Assembly (NCBI RefSeq): GCF_041146345.1
Contig: NW_027191402.1
Span: 992,001-1,056,000 of the forward strand
DNA length: 64,000 nt
Direction: 5' to 3'
Origin: Neodothiora populina
Lineage: Eukaryota
In this document: in pieces, positions 1 through 13,658 of the stretch
Layout: each line of letters opens with the position of its first letter
Numbering within the stretch: the first letter of the stretch is position 1
Notes under the pieces: model-generated
Told to the model about the DNA's origin: nothing
What the model saw: only the letters and a program-made list of their open reading frames with translations
Database searches by the model: none
Program-made: the position numbers and the translations under genes

Positions 1-3000
1 ACCAGGTCATTGGCGGACTGCCGCGCTTCTAGGCGATGCTGGAGGGTCTAAACTCCGCATCATGGGATCACTATCACAGACCCTTGAAGGATCGACTATG
101 TGTTAGCGGGGTTAGTTGAAGTTGCCGTGCGCCCGACAACACCAGTTGGCTAACACTTTACGTCGGCAAAGTAGAAGATACACTTGCCCTAGCTAAATTG
201 GCTTACGATGCATGTCTTGGTCCACCGATACCAACGCCTTTATAATAAACATGTCTCTGTCCGAGACGACGTGCATCTCAACATTCTGCAACATGGTTTA
301 GCAGATCCCTCGCAAACCTCTTGATTGTCTCGCATTTGCATATGCAATGTCTAAAGCAGCGCACAGACTTCTAGCACTATTTTTGCCCTCAATATAAGTA
401 AGCCATCACACAGTTGTACAACACTCCGGTCAGGTCACTACTTGGGTTGAGCTCGAAACGCAATGAAAGGCTCGAAAATGAGCCCCTTGGACGACACACA
501 TGACCTTGTAGCTTCCTAATGCAGTAGGAGTTAATGGCCTTTATTTCCGGGCGGAGCCACGCGCTTCATTATTACTGATGTACAGTCCCCATCGAGGCAA
601 AATCAAGAGCGAAAAATGGTCACTTGATATTGACTAGAGTCATCCCAAGCGACCCATGTGCCGGTTTCATCCAATCGATTCCAGATCTCGGAGAACAAAG
701 ATCTGGCATAAAGCGAGGGCAACGTGATCACCACCAAGCTGTGCATCATTTTCCAGAAACAATGCTCCGGTACGTCGCGAAATCTCGTGATATAACAGTC
801 ACAAGCAGTCAAACTAGACTATGTCGATTTAGTTGTCCTACGAGTATAAAAGAAAAGTGCTAGTGCTACGTTGGTTTGTTTTTTGGACCTCGCGACAATT
901 AGGCTCTCACATGCTGCCACATCCCAAAGGCCTCCTGGACTTGTTTGTGTGTTTCCGTCCTCGAAGCGATTAGACACCACAAAAAGGCGGTCCTCCCAAA
1001 TTGCCTACGATCGATCACCTTTTCCTCTATTCTGTTCCGCTGCTTTTTCTTGGCCTTCCGCCGCTATAGCAGCTCAAGTCCGCGCAACCCGCGCGCGCCC
1101 AATAGATCCGCATGATCCGCGTTCGATTCGTCCAGGTTTGCTACAACGGCTCCACGAAAATTTGCGGGTGATCGAGGTGCACAGCTGTCTAGCTGGCTCT
1201 GCTGGTTCCAAATTTGTTCGAAAAGAACATAATAAAAACTGACGACCTCATCACTCCACCGTCGAGAAGCGTTGTTGCGGAGTGGAGCGCGCCGCTTCTA
1301 GACTGCTCCACGGGCCAGGCTGCAGCACTGGAGGCGGCTGGAAAGGGCCTCCGGTGTTTTCCCTAAGGTCAATAGGTCCTGGATTGAATTGGTTTTCCTA
1401 TCGGCGTGGCCGCTTGACCTCTTGCCTCTGGTGACTGTTTGGTGTACATCTGGACGTAATCCAAGCGTGGCATCGATTCTGCCCCAGGTCACGGCAAGGC
1501 ACCCGGAATGGAGGGGGTCGACACTGGGGTGATCTGAAATTGTCTGATGTTCTTCTGGCGTGACGCGACGATGAAATTGAAATCAAGACTAACACCACCG
1601 GAAGAAGGGGCAATCGCAAGAGACCTTTTTCTGTCGCTGTACAGTCGCAAATCTCTCTCACAGCAGGACACATATCAGTGATGATACAGTCAGTAGATCA
1701 GCTTCTGTACAGATATCTCGTCGTCATGTTGAGTGTCCTACCATCAGTACGCAAGATTTCGCATGACCGACCAGCCACGACACCATCTCCACAACAAATG
1801 TTCCGGACTCCACTCCACTCATCCCCATGGTTCATGTGAGAGATGTTCCGAGTAGTGCCGAGCTTGCCATGATGCGGTTATCACGACTCGAGGATCGGCA
1901 TATGTAAGATGGCTGTGGGGGATCGGAACTGATGATGCAGCAGTTCGGCATGCATACAACCCTTTGAGTTTTTGCGTTTACTGTTCACTAAGAATTCATT
2001 GCCTTTTTTCTAGAGACTCATCGCCGGTTCATCAGAAACTCATCGACCAGCTTTCGGGAATCATTAACTAGGATCGAGTTCCTCCGTATGACGACAGTAC
2101 AAAATCTGTGCGGGCCGATCACTCTCAAGCTGACCATCTTGCTTATGAACGAGGGTATCGTTGTCACTAACCAGTCGGTGTGGTTGCTGTGTAATTTTTC
2201 TTAAGCAATAAAGAGATTCAATGTCTCACCCACACCGACGGGCTCTGGGGAAGTCCAGTCGATCCTACTCTCCGCTTTGTACAGTATGGGGAAAGATAGT
2301 GCAGGCTTCTGACTATAGTGGGGGAACTGATCTGTGCATCAATCTCCGCTGCAGGTGCACCTTGTCAAGCGACAGACGACCTTGACCCACCTGTGCCAAT
2401 GCTGAGTCCCATGTAGATGGGTGTCTCGGGTGACAGCTCACGTGTGCCAAGGAAAAGATGTTCCTGTCACAAAGGTTCCGAGGTTGTACGGGACATGAGC
2501 CGACCTGGTCATTGTTCATATGTCGAGTCATTACGAGATTAACGCCAGTGCCGAGGAACTGTTGCGGTGTGTCAAGTGACAAACATATGGAGCATATGAA
2601 CCTCATCTCCACACATGATGGGGTTGTGCGGGGGGTATCAGAGATCAGAGGGCCCTAGCTCTCTAAGCACGTCGGCCTCTTTGATTTTGTTAATATCTGC
2701 CCTTTCCTCTCTTGATATTTTTCTCGTAAGCGGGCTTCTCGTTCTCTTTTTCCTCTTCCTCTTCCAGAGAACGAGGAGCCTTCTCGTTGAGAAGCAAAAT
2801 TGATCCCCTATGTCCGTCGTCTTGGAAGACTCTAACGGAGGCCAGTCTTCGACTCGCTCATCTCGTAGTTACGACGGGGCAGAGGCAAAGACCAGGCTAG
2901 AGGCACCAGCAGAGGCAGAAGTGGAGGCGGAGGCAAGGGCCAGGCTAGGAGCAGCAGCAGCAGAGGCAGGCGTGGAGGCAGCGGCTGAGGAGAGCTCGGG

Positions 3001-4285
3001 ATCTTCTCCTGGGCTAGTGGCCAGGTCCACGTCGCGTGAGACCGCGACATATTCCTCCATGCTCGAAGCTGGGATGGCCTCCTCGAGGAACAAAGTCCAA
3101 AGTAAGTAATAGGCATGATGCGACGATATGAAAAATCACTTTGCGTGACTTCCCTAACGAACTTCATGGCGGAAGTTCGGCAGGTGCTGATACACAGCAA
3201 GTGAAGCATGGCGGTGAAGATAGACGAACACGTCTTGTAAGTGACCCGGTGGCCAATATGTGGTATATCAAGGCAGCCATATCCGAAGAGTGAGTAGGAA
3301 CACCATGCAGAAACATCTTCTTCCACCTACCTTTGTGAAACGATATGCTCCTTACCCTGTGTCGTCGTGCTTCACTAAATAGCGAATACAAGATATCATC
3401 TTACCAGCCTTACTCTTTCCCTATACTGGTAGCGTGCAATGCAGGTAGGCCTCCGACTCGATCACTCGGCACTCCATGAGGGCGCGTCGACAATGTACAG
3501 AACGTACGAACAATTCTCGTGGCAATCACCTCGAAGCGCTCGCGCTGACCGCCAGGCACACACAACCAAGAGAAGTGCATCTCCGTCTCGGCCTTATCTT
3601 TCGAGATCCCTCTTGCTCTCTGGGGTTCTGCAGAGTACTATAACTAGTCATGGCCAAAACGTGAGATTGTGTCGGTTGTGCCCCTGTCCCCTGCTGCCTG
3701 CTACTGCTAGGGTTTCAGAGAGCATCGGCAACGCGTGGATAAAGACCTGTATTAATTCGGTGTCGTTGTTCATCTGCACGACCTTGGCGCTGCCGGCAGG
3801 GTCGGTGAGGGAAGTAAAATACTGAGTGATTAATTGCGTAGAAGGTTATAAAATGGTCGTGCAATGAAAGCGAATGTCATATCATGAAGGAGTGAGATAA
3901 AGAAGCGGAGTAGCAACAACAGGGCATAAATCAAAGTGTGTACATGTGCAGGTGATGGTGATGTGGGCGAAGTAAAGTGAACCGGGCCGCAATATGTGAA
4001 TGACTACCGTGATACACTTAGTGATAGACGCCGTTCTTATGGCTCATATGGTCCACATATTCCACATGGCCTTCACTCACACTAGCCATGCTCTTTTCCG
4101 CTACGCTGGCATCGCGAACGAAGGAAAATCCACAAGTATATGAAGCAGTCTTACCACTCTTCTTCCCCTTTTCCCATTGAAGCAATCATGAATTTCTACG
4201 AGGATTTCGAGTGACCTCCCCCACTAACCGAGGAGGCGCTCATCGCTGTCAGCAAGGCATTGGAAATGGCCGATATGAGGATGAT

Positions 4286-4552
4286 ATGTCTGAGTCCTCC
4301 CCTAACTCTGTATCTGATGCTGCTGCTGCTGCAGCTGCTACCACTACCACTACCTATACCCAGGCACAATGGGACGAGATGCTCAAAGGCGGGCCTTCGA
4401 TGGCGCCATTCGTCATGAGGGAGTATGTGGAACCGAAGAGAGAAACCAAGAGAAAGCGAGGAGAGCAGGAGGAAGAGGAAGAAGACGGTGATGAGAAAGT
4501 GGAAGACGACGAAGACGTCGAAGAGTCCGCCTCGAAGAAGCCAAAGACATGA
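4286..4552 (+). CDS. Small acidic/basic low-complexity hypothetical protein (start uncertain)
   Basis: Open frame with Ala/Thr runs, an acidic tract and KRKR / KKPK motifs. TATA-like TATATGAA at about 4137. No family recognised. Confidence 0.3.
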   Translation: MSESSPNSVSDAAAAAAATTTTTYTQAQWDEMLKGGPSMAPFVMREYVEPKRETKRKRGEQEEEEEDGDEKVEDDEDVEESASKKPKT

Positions 4553-7500
4553 ACATGGATAGAGGGGCCTCCGTGCTTCACTTACTTGCTACCTCTGGGC
4601 AATTTTTCTCACTACCATAATGGACCTCCAGAATATCGGCATCCCCTCCTGCAGCACTCAATCATATTGCTCAGTTCACATCTTACAACTTTCCGGTGGG
4701 AGAAAACGTTCGCCGGCAGGAGTCATGCGTCGTATCTCCATATTCCACCCTCTCCATCAATCAGTCTGGATTTTCATGCAGTAGGACTGCTATTTATGGT
4801 TGGTTGCGGCACACTACAGTGCTGAAGTTAGGCCACGTATTGTGGAAGACCAAGGATGAAATTCATGACTGCACGCGACACCAGGAGCTAGCGTGTGTTG
4901 CCCAAGATGAATTTACAATAGGATGCAGATGGCTTTGAGCAATTGCTGAGGGCTGAGAGATTGCAGGGAACAGCAACACGATACAAAAGTTTAGCTAGGA
5001 TTGGACATTTTAATTCATTTTCGTTGGCCAAGTCCTTTTCACGCGACTCGACTTCCCGATTACACATGTTCTGTGGAAAACTTCGGACAGGGTCTCCATG
5101 TCTTTTTTTTGGTTCCAATTTTGATAATTCTGTACAATTCTACATAACATGTTCTTAATCTATCACTCCCTATATCATTGTATTCTACATTGAGTATTGC
5201 CACGAACGCGTTGGTGTCAACACTGTGTCACCCACCTTTGTGGCGAGTCTAGCAATTGTATAACCGATGACCAGAGAACTGATCTTCGTCGCTAATCTGT
5301 GACCCAAGAAAGATCTGTCGCAAGGATCACAGATGATGCGGCTCTGCGCCCGACTCTTACAACTGGTATGAGTCGTGGTGACCTAGCCGTCAAAAAAATG
5401 CAGGCGCACTGCAATGCAGATCAACCTCACCGTCAGACATATACCAGTGGTATAGCAGATGGCGAATGTCCGAATATGCGAACATCGAATCTCGACTTTG
5501 TATCGTCCCAAAATGAACAGTATCACATGTCCTACTTTTACGATTTGCTTTTCGTTTGTACCCCAACGCCTGCGCGCATATCGTAGCATGGCGTTGTGGT
5601 TCGAGCCAGCCTCTCGCAAATCTTGCCGAGGTGGGGTTCGCTGGCTGCCATGGCGGGGTACTAGGTTGAAGCGCCAGGTGGCCTTCAATTTCGGCGTGCT
5701 GCGGGCAGTACCAGAAGTACCTTGCTGAATTATCCTGATGCCTGAAAGTGGATTATAGCCTTCTGCAGTGTGCCAACGAGGCTGTTCTTTTTCTGCTCAT
5801 CGTGATGCAGCTCTTCTTCGTAATGCCAGATTTTATACGAAGCGTGGCGTACCCTTTGCTCAGGATCGGCGAAACGAGTTCATCGCCCGCTTAGATCTTG
5901 CTGCGTGTCACCCCGACCAATTGCTTGGGGTTATAGACTTCGAATCCAGGGGACGGACCTTACCTTTTTCACACCAAAATGGTGTGAGGTCGCTCTCGCA
6001 GCTGTTGGTGAGACCAGAAGCAGTAAAGCTCAGGGGGAACGGTACCACATGATCAATCCGATATGACCCAAGACTAAAACTGATCAAATATTGAACCCAT
6101 TCATGCGAGAGTTGAGACGTTTAGGCAAGACCGGCTTCTTGTATTCGCCAAGGACCTTTTCCAGGTGGTGAAATTCAATGCATAGCATGCACAATTTGAG
6201 CAACTCAAGTAGAATTTGTTGGTCTTTCTCTTTGTCCCACTACGGTAAGTCCCATGACATTGGTTCAGCGCCTCAATTGCTATCCGATTGGCGGTAGTGG
6301 GTACGATCTCTTCCTAGCAGTATAAAACAAGTGCTTGCGGACATGGTGTGCTACGGAGCACTTTGCCTGTACAGAGCCCAAGTTCACAAGTCGTAGGAAT
6401 GCAATGCGAGTTGCCAGGTAGTAGAAAATGAATTAGAGGAATGTGTCTCGATGCCAGGGCAAGCTATGTCATTATACGTAGGCCTGAGAGGCGTACAGGT
6501 TTCGAATGAGATACGACAGCGTCGTCACATTTACGCTATGCACACTACAAGCAAGGCATCACTGTCCTCGTGACGGAGCCGCAGAGTGAAAAGTACGCCA
6601 TGCGAAGCTCCGAAATCGAGATTCGAAGCGGCGATCCTGACGGACGCATGCGTATACGTGCAACGCCATGATGAGACCGCATCCGCCGATGGTGCAAAAA
6701 GGCGGAATCGGTCCAGATTCGACTGCGCCATAGCAGCAGAATCTCCACATCCCGCCATAAGATTTAATTGTGGAAACGTGTGGATTAATTTGGAGATGCC
6801 ACGTACGTTCTTGTAGTCCAGACACAATAGTTCCTTGCCTAGCAACCATAAGTCCCTCAAGCATGTGACGCATATTCCCTTGTTTAGTTCTTTAGTGGCA
6901 AAATTGTAGCCCCGCATCACGAGCTTGGAGAGCCTCCGTTCCTGGCGATCAGCTTGGGTGATCAGGGCACGTGTAGGCCCCTTACTGTGAGGCTAAGTGG
7001 GATGGCTTGGAGAACACCGCTATCTTGCTTGCAAGTCACCTGGAAATTGCTGAAGGTAGCCTAGACCAGTGAGACTGTACAGTGAGAATTACAAGCATGT
7101 CGAAGGGTTAACTTATGCTTTACCAGGAGGGGATACACTGAATCTACTCCAATGCATCGATCGTCTCTCAATGTCTGACTGCAGCATGAGAAAAGACCTC
7201 AATACCTTGCTATTGCACAGCTCTCAGTCAATGCTGCCTTAGATTCATTTTACCTTTATCCGTTGGCTCTTCGTGGACTAGGAGGTTGCTCTATAGTGGA
7301 GCTTTAGGCGACTTGTACGCTAGCCAGCAAGCCTCGGGAGTCTGGGCTGGACGGAAAAGCGGCGAACGTCATCCCCGCGTCATTGCCCATGATGTCAGTC
7401 CTGAGCTATCTGCGGGGCCCAGATATCCAAAACAAAGACAACTCAAGCACATAAATGAAGACCATCTCCTGCGTCAGTCATTGTTTTTGCATCCACAACT

Positions 7501-7566
7501 CTCTCACTACAATCCAAATAACTTCCATCAACCAAACCCATACCAATTCCCACCCGTTCTATAAAT

Positions 7567-7949
7567 ATGTCTGCTCCTAACGCCAACAAGCCTAACGAGG
7601 GTGTAAGTCTCCGCTTTTTTCTACCTCCAATGTGCCACACTGTCTGACATACTCCTAGATCGTCGGCCAGGTTACCAACTCCATCTCCAACGCCGCTCAA
7701 TACATCTCGGAATCAGTTCAGGGAACTTCTGCTGAGGCCAGCAAGGAGGCCAACAAGGAGCAGGCCAAGGGTGCGTTTTCATCTCTCGGAAATTCCATGT
7801 TTCGAACATCTTGCTAATGTGATACAGGCAACGTTCCCGGATCTGACTCCATCTCCGACCGTGCCTCTGGTGCTCTCGGCGCTGCCTCCGACAAGCTTGA
7901 CCAGACCAAGCACGAGGGCTCCGCTTCGGCCAACAAGCACTCCATCTAA
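7567..7949 (+). CDS. grg1: Glucose-repressible protein Grg1/Ccg-1 family (3 exons)
   Basis: Exons 7567-7602, 7659-7770 and 7828-7949 joined by GT-AG introns give MSAPNANKPNEGIVGQVTNSISNAAQYISESVQGTSAEASKEANKEQAKGNVPGSDSISDRASGALGAASDKLDQTKHEGSASANKHSI. NAAxY..VQG..ASKEANK is the Grg1 signature. Confidence 0.85.
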
Positions 7950-9399
7950 GCTCATCGCATTCAGAAGATGAGATCCGTCTGCCTCACGGAACGGATTGAA
8001 GCTGCATGGTAACGGGGTTTATGGAATAGGCCATGCATTAGTGGACCTAATTATGATATCTTGTTATGATCCGTATGATCATAATTGCCCATGGGGCATT
8101 AAATGAAATACAGTAATTCCTACTACAAACTACTTTCCACTTTCTGCCTTCGTGACTCTGCCAATTCGAGTTCTTCGGTGACGCCGTTGCTCCCTTTCTG
8201 CCTCTTGCACAGAGTAGTTGTCTGACCTGTAGACCATGCTTCGAGTGCTCAACTGCCTCTGCACAGGTGGCCACTTGATCAAACCATAGCATTCGCCGCT
8301 TACCAGTAAGTGAACTTCAAACTTGCAACACCATCCGCAACACGCTCAACCATCCTGACTGGCCCTTACTGTGTGTAGCTAACATTCATCAAACACATGC
8401 TCTTGTATCAAGCACAGTTTGAGGACCAATTTAGTACTAGGTCAGGAACGAGTAAAGGTTGAGCAAAGGCCAAGTGAACAGGAAGTGAGCGCTGAGCGGA
8501 TCAAAACAAATATAGTATCATAGCTGCAATAAACATTGCACAACCACTAAATCAAGATCAAAACAGATCTGACTGAATACCATGTGTATACCAAGTCATA
8601 GCATTCATGAAAATTGAATGAAATATGGGTGCAGACGGCGTGCATGTGAGGTGAAGCTGGTATGAAAGTGAGGTGAGCCCGGTGTGAACACCTACCAACA
8701 TACCTACCTATATCTCATCACTGTAGTGATACGTCTTGCAGGAGCAGATTCAGCTAAAGGCGACTTATGCAATTGATTTAGTATTCAGGGACGTTCATCC
8801 TCAAGGCGCGGCAAGGCCATGTCTGAAGAGAGGACATGTGTGTCGTCGCTATTTGCAGAGCATGCCCCGGGTAATTTACTCAATGCGCTCGTTCATACTA
8901 TTACTGCACGCCGCCACTATATTCTTCGCTACATGTCACTAATAAGAGCATCCTCTGCGTCTGCAACACCGGAACGTCTTCATCACGTCAAGATAATAAT
9001 CATGTTGGAAGCAGAGCAATACCGTGCGAAAGGGCCAAGGGATGAGGTCCAGCACAAGAAACGCCAAGCAATATGGTCCGCAACCAGGGTCGCCCTAGAG
9101 CACATGCACGCGAGATATCTTGGCGAGGTCCTATCTTATCAGATGGCAGAGATCAGAAGCCTCGGTCGGCGATTATGAGCTTTCTTCGGAGTTTTGAAAG
9201 GAAAAAAAGTTGGCTTGACTTGACTTGTTCTCCTTTTATCATACATGCAGTACATATAACCATCGCTATTTCTGTGTTTCTGATCTGTATACAAGTCATC
9301 TCAATCAATTGTCGGCTCAAGGTATAGACAAAGTCCACTCACGGCGGGCCTTCTTTTTCGCCTCTCGAACAAATCAGGAAAGAGCCAAAAGAAAAAGCC

Positions 9400-11640
9400 A
9401 TGCCTTCCCAAACAAAACCCAAGTCGCGCAAGAGCGGCGGCAGCGACAAACCAACAACAGCAGCACAGAATGACCCCCGATTCGCCGCCATCTCATCAGA
9501 CCCGCGCTACCGCTTGCCGTCGGCCAAGCACTCTCGCGTCAATGTCGACAAGCGATTTGCGGGCATGTTCAAGGATGAGGATTTCAGCAAGAAGGCGTCC
9601 GTGGATCGATATGGACGTAGATTAGGCAAGGGAAGTGGCAAGAAGGAGCTGGAGAAGTTTTATAGGATTGAGGGTGAGAAAGGGGACAGGGAGGTTGTGG
9701 GTAGTAGTAATGAAGGATCCGAGGACGAGGAAGAAGAGGCAGACGACGACGATGAGGTCCAGGCTGAACTCGATCGTGTAGAGCGTAAAGGCGCTGGTGT
9801 TAGAGACTTTGCTCGTGAAGGAGGATTTTCTGACTCCTCGTCAGACGAGGAGAGTTCTGATGAAGACAGCGACGACGAAGAAGACAACGAGGCCGGGGTG
9901 GTGGAGTTTCCTGACGAGCAGCAAGCATCTGAAGTTCCAGTTGGCGAAGTTACGAACAGACTGGCTGTCGTCAATCTCGATTGGGACAATATTCGCGCTG
10001 CAGATTTGATGGCTGTGGCACAGAGTTTCGCACCAGCAGGAGGCAAAGGCGTGCAAGAAGTGGTCATCTACCCATCAGAGTTTGGAAAAGAGCGTCTCGA
10101 AAGAGAAGAACTCGAAGGACCACCGCGTGAGATTTTTGCTTCAAACAAAGACAATTCCGAGTCTGAAGAAGACGAAGAAGATTCGGACGAAGAGGAGGAG
10201 CGTATCAAGAAAGAACTCTTGCAGGAAGACACAGGCGAGGACTTTGACAGTGCCAAACTACGTCAATACCAACTCGATCGCTTGAAGTATTATTATGCTG
10301 TCATCACTTTCGACACGCCCGAGACGGCAAAAGCCATCTACGACGACATGGACGGCCGCGAATACCTGACGACGGCCAACTTTTTCGATCTGCGATTCGT
10401 TCCTGACGAGGTTGACTTTGACACTGACGAGCCCCGCGACGAGTGCACAAAGCTACCACCAGGCTACAAACCCAACGACTTTGTCACGGACGCCTTGACA
10501 CATTCAAAAGTCAGACTGACATGGGACGCCGACGACACGACAAGAAAAGAAGTGCAGAAGAGAGCATTCTCGCGTGCGGAGATCGACGAGAATGACCTGC
10601 AAGCCTATATCGGTAGTGACAGCAGCGACAACGACGACGACGAAGACGCAGCACCAGCACACACCAACGGTGATGAGAACGAAGCACCTAAACTAAGCAA
10701 AGCAGAGATCCAACGCCAGAAGATGCGCGCCGCCTTAGGTCTCTCATCCTCATCATCAACATCCGCAAGCAAAAAAGCCAAAGAAAGCGCCCCGGTAGGC
10801 GACATGCAAATCACCTTTACATCCGGCCTATCCACCTCGGCCGCCGACAAAGACAGCAGCAAAGACAACAAGAAATCCAGCATTTTCGAAAACGACCCCT
10901 CGACAGTCAACGAGACGACGCGCGAGCGCTACATCCGCAAAGAAAAAGAGCGCAAGCAGCAGCGCAAAGAGCGCGCCAAAGCCCAACGCGCCGGCGCCGA
11001 TCCCTCTGCCGCTGCCTCTGATGACGAGGAAGAAGAACCCAAGCAAGACCAAGACCTAGGCTTCGACGACCCCTTCTTCTCGAACCCGCAAGGCGCCGCA
11101 AAAGCCAGAACGCAAGCTCTCAAAGCCGAAAAGGCCAAAAACCGCGCCGAGCGAGAAGAGGCCGCTCGCGCCACGGCGTCGCAACGCGCCGAGCTCGAAT
11201 TGCTCATGGTCGACGACAAGGCCGACGCTTCGATGCGTCACTTCAACATGTCCGAGATTGTGAAAGCAGAAAAAGCAGCTAAGCGTAAAGGAAGGAAGGG
11301 CGCGAAGAAGGACGACGAGGCGCAGAAGCCGGATGGTGCGGACTTCAAGATCGAGACTCAAGATCCGAGATTCAGGGGGTTGTTTGAGAGTCATGAGTTT
11401 GCTATCGATCCTACGAACCCCAGGTTCCAGAATACTGAGGGTATGAAGGCTTTGCTCGAGGAGGGCAGGAAGAAGCGAAAGGAGAGAGTTGTGGATGATG
11501 ATGACGACGAGGCGATCAGGCGGAGAGAAAAGAAAAAGGCTAAGAAGGTCGGTGATGAGGACCAGAAGGAAAGTGGTGGTGAGGACTTGCAGAAGCTATT
11601 GGCTAGAGTCAAGGCCAAGTCCAAGGGATTGAAGAAGTAA
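9400..11640 (+). CDS. ESF1: Pre-rRNA-processing protein Esf1 (NUC153 domain)
   Basis: Intronless 746 aa ORF with DPRF, VDRYGR, RLAVVNLDWD, YPSEFGKER, LRxYQLxRLKYYYAV and a C-terminal DPRFxxLFESHEFAIDPT. Confidence 0.95.
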   Translation: MPSQTKPKSRKSGGSDKPTTAAQNDPRFAAISSDPRYRLPSAKHSRVNVDKRFAGMFKDEDFSKKASVDRYGRRLGKGSGKKELEKFYRIEGEKGDREVVGSSNEGSEDEEEEADDDDEVQAELDRVERKGAGVRDFAREGGFSDSSSDEESSDEDSDDEEDNEAGVVEFPDEQQASEVPVGEVTNRLAVVNLDWDNIRAADLMAVAQSFAPAGGKGVQEVVIYPSEFGKERLEREELEGPPREIFASNKDNSESEEDEEDSDEEEERIKKELLQEDTGEDFDSAKLRQYQLDRLKYYYAVITFDTPETAKAIYDDMDGREYLTTANFFDLRFVPDEVDFDTDEPRDECTKLPPGYKPNDFVTDALTHSKVRLTWDADDTTRKEVQKRAFSRAEIDENDLQAYIGSDSSDNDDDEDAAPAHTNGDENEAPKLSKAEIQRQKMRAALGLSSSSSTSASKKAKESAPVGDMQITFTSGLSTSAADKDSSKDNKKSSIFENDPSTVNETTRERYIRKEKERKQQRKERAKAQRAGADPSAAASDDEEEEPKQDQDLGFDDPFFSNPQGAAKARTQALKAEKAKNRAEREEAARATASQRAELELLMVDDKADASMRHFNMSEIVKAEKAAKRKGRKGAKKDDEAQKPDGADFKIETQDPRFRGLFESHEFAIDPTNPRFQNTEGMKALLEEGRKKRKERVVDDDDDEAIRRREKKKAKKVGDEDQKESGGEDLQKLLARVKAKSKGLKK

Positions 11641-11723
11641 AGGACATAGTCTAGTCTGGCGTTGACAGCATCCCGTGTACAGTACCAGTCCTGATGGACG
11701 ATCTTTGCTGTAGATTTGTGCAA

Positions 11724-13322
11724 TCACAGTAAACACCACACCAGAACAACCACAAAAACAATAGCAGCGAGGACATCGAACCCAACAAGCGTCCAATCCG
11801 CCTTTCCTCCCCGACCATTCAACGGCAACTTCTTCAACTCCATCTCCGCCTCTTTCCTCTTGAGTCTCGCCGACTGGCCCACAAGCCCCTGCAGCGACTC
11901 ATCCAACGACCTAGCCATAGCCTCCTTTGAGAAGATATCAAACACCCTCTCGCGGCCCGCCTGTCCCATGTTTTTCAACAACCGCTTGCCGTTGTCGCCA
12001 TTGCTGAGGTCAAGCACTTTTTGCATGACGGCGGTCCACTGCGCCGGCTGCCGGATGTCTCTGAGCCAGCCGGTCGAGCCCTCGACGACTGTCTCTAGAG
12101 GTCCGCCTTCGTTGGCTGCTAGCACGGGCACGCGCGACAACATGCTTTCTAGAGGTACGATGCCGAAATGCTCGTTTTGAGGCGTGTAGATCAGTAGTGA
12201 AGCAGAGGCCAGGAGGTCGGTTTTTTGCTTGTCGGAAAAGGAGAGAAGGAACAGGATGGACGTGTCGGGGGTTATTTGTGAGGAATGAGTGAATTCGTTG
12301 GAGCGAAGGGTGGTGTGATTTAAGGAAAAGGAGTCTGCGAGAGCTTGGAGCGAGACGTGGGTGTGCACGTTTTCGGGGATGCGAGGATCATGTCCGCCTT
12401 TTTGTTCGTTAATTTAAGATACGAAAAGAGGGAAAAGTAAAAAAATACCGGCAATGACGAGTAGCGCATTCTTCCTCTCTCTTTCTTCCAGTCCAGCAAA
12501 AGCCTTGATGGCCAGCGCGACATCTTTTTTCTTCTCGAAGCGGTTGATGCTCAGAAAGACCTTCCGGTCAGGCCACAGGCTTTTTCTGTTCTCATCCGTA
12601 GCGGCAGAGATATCGACGCATGGATAGACAACTTTGAGATCTCGGTTGTTCAATTGTGGAAAGACACGCTTGACCACCGATGCGGTAAAGTTGCTGTTGA
12701 CAACAATACCGTCCGAGGCAGCCGTGCTGGACGACTCGATCCAATTGAAAGGAATCCTGTAACCATCCTTGACGGCTCCCAGCAATCCACTAGTCTCTTT
12801 CTGTACCAGCAGCTGATCTGGAAAGTGACAATAAAACAAAATGCCGACGTTGTCATACAGCAACCGAAGAAGCGGCACAGCTGCAGAAAGCTGATCAATG
12901 AAAAAATGCGTCGGCTTCAACGTGTCGAGCTCGGAAGAAATGAGAGTAATGGCCAGGACGAGATGGAGCTGCCGGAGAATGGCGCAAAAGATGGAAAATC
13001 GACCAGCGATTGTTTGAGGGATGAAGCCATCTCCGCGTACACGGACATCGAGGGTGCCTTTTTATTTACAAGAGGAAACATGATTCAGCCTGAGATTCTT
13101 CTTTTTCTTAGAATGAAAGAAAATAATGAAACAATAACAAACAAAGGGCTTACCGTCTCTTGCTTCCTCGAAACAGTGTGACTTGTCACAATATGAAGTA
13201 TAGACGGTCACTTTATGTCCTAGATTCTGCAGACCGACGGCGGCATCTATGACTAAACGTTCTGCACCGCCAATACCCAGATCTGGGTGGAAGAAGACGA
13301 TACTCTTCTTGTCGGCAGCCAT
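11724..13322 (-). CDS. ALG2: Alpha-1,3/1,6-mannosyltransferase Alg2 (GT4), 3 exons
   Basis: HPDLGIGGAERLVIDAA, HCFEE, FYCHFPDQLL, SINRFEKKKD and EHFGIVPLESM motifs across three spliced ORFs; C-terminal hydrophobic helix. Confidence 0.95.
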
Positions 13323-13658
13323 TTTTCTTTCCCTATATGACTATACGACAAAGAGACAAGAGGTGGCCATGTCAGGGTCAAATAAACACATGTCGACAAC
13401 AGCCAGATGACATCTGATAAGATAAGATCCTTTTGATCTTCGAGACTTGCCCCGCGCCGCCATCCAACGCTTGTGGCTGGCCAGCCTGTTTACATCTTTT
13501 TGTACCTTACGTACCTTAGTGTAGTAGTGACCACGAGATCCTGGGGTAAAGGCAATTGTCGACCTCGGCATTGTCGCCGTGTAACTCTTGACTGCCTACA
13601 CGAGAAGACATTCAGCGATGCAATCATGACCATACGATTACTATAACACAATTACATC

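Noticed and set aside
5300..6950. Short ORFs on both strands
   Set aside because: No recognisable domain and no consistent exon structure could be built.
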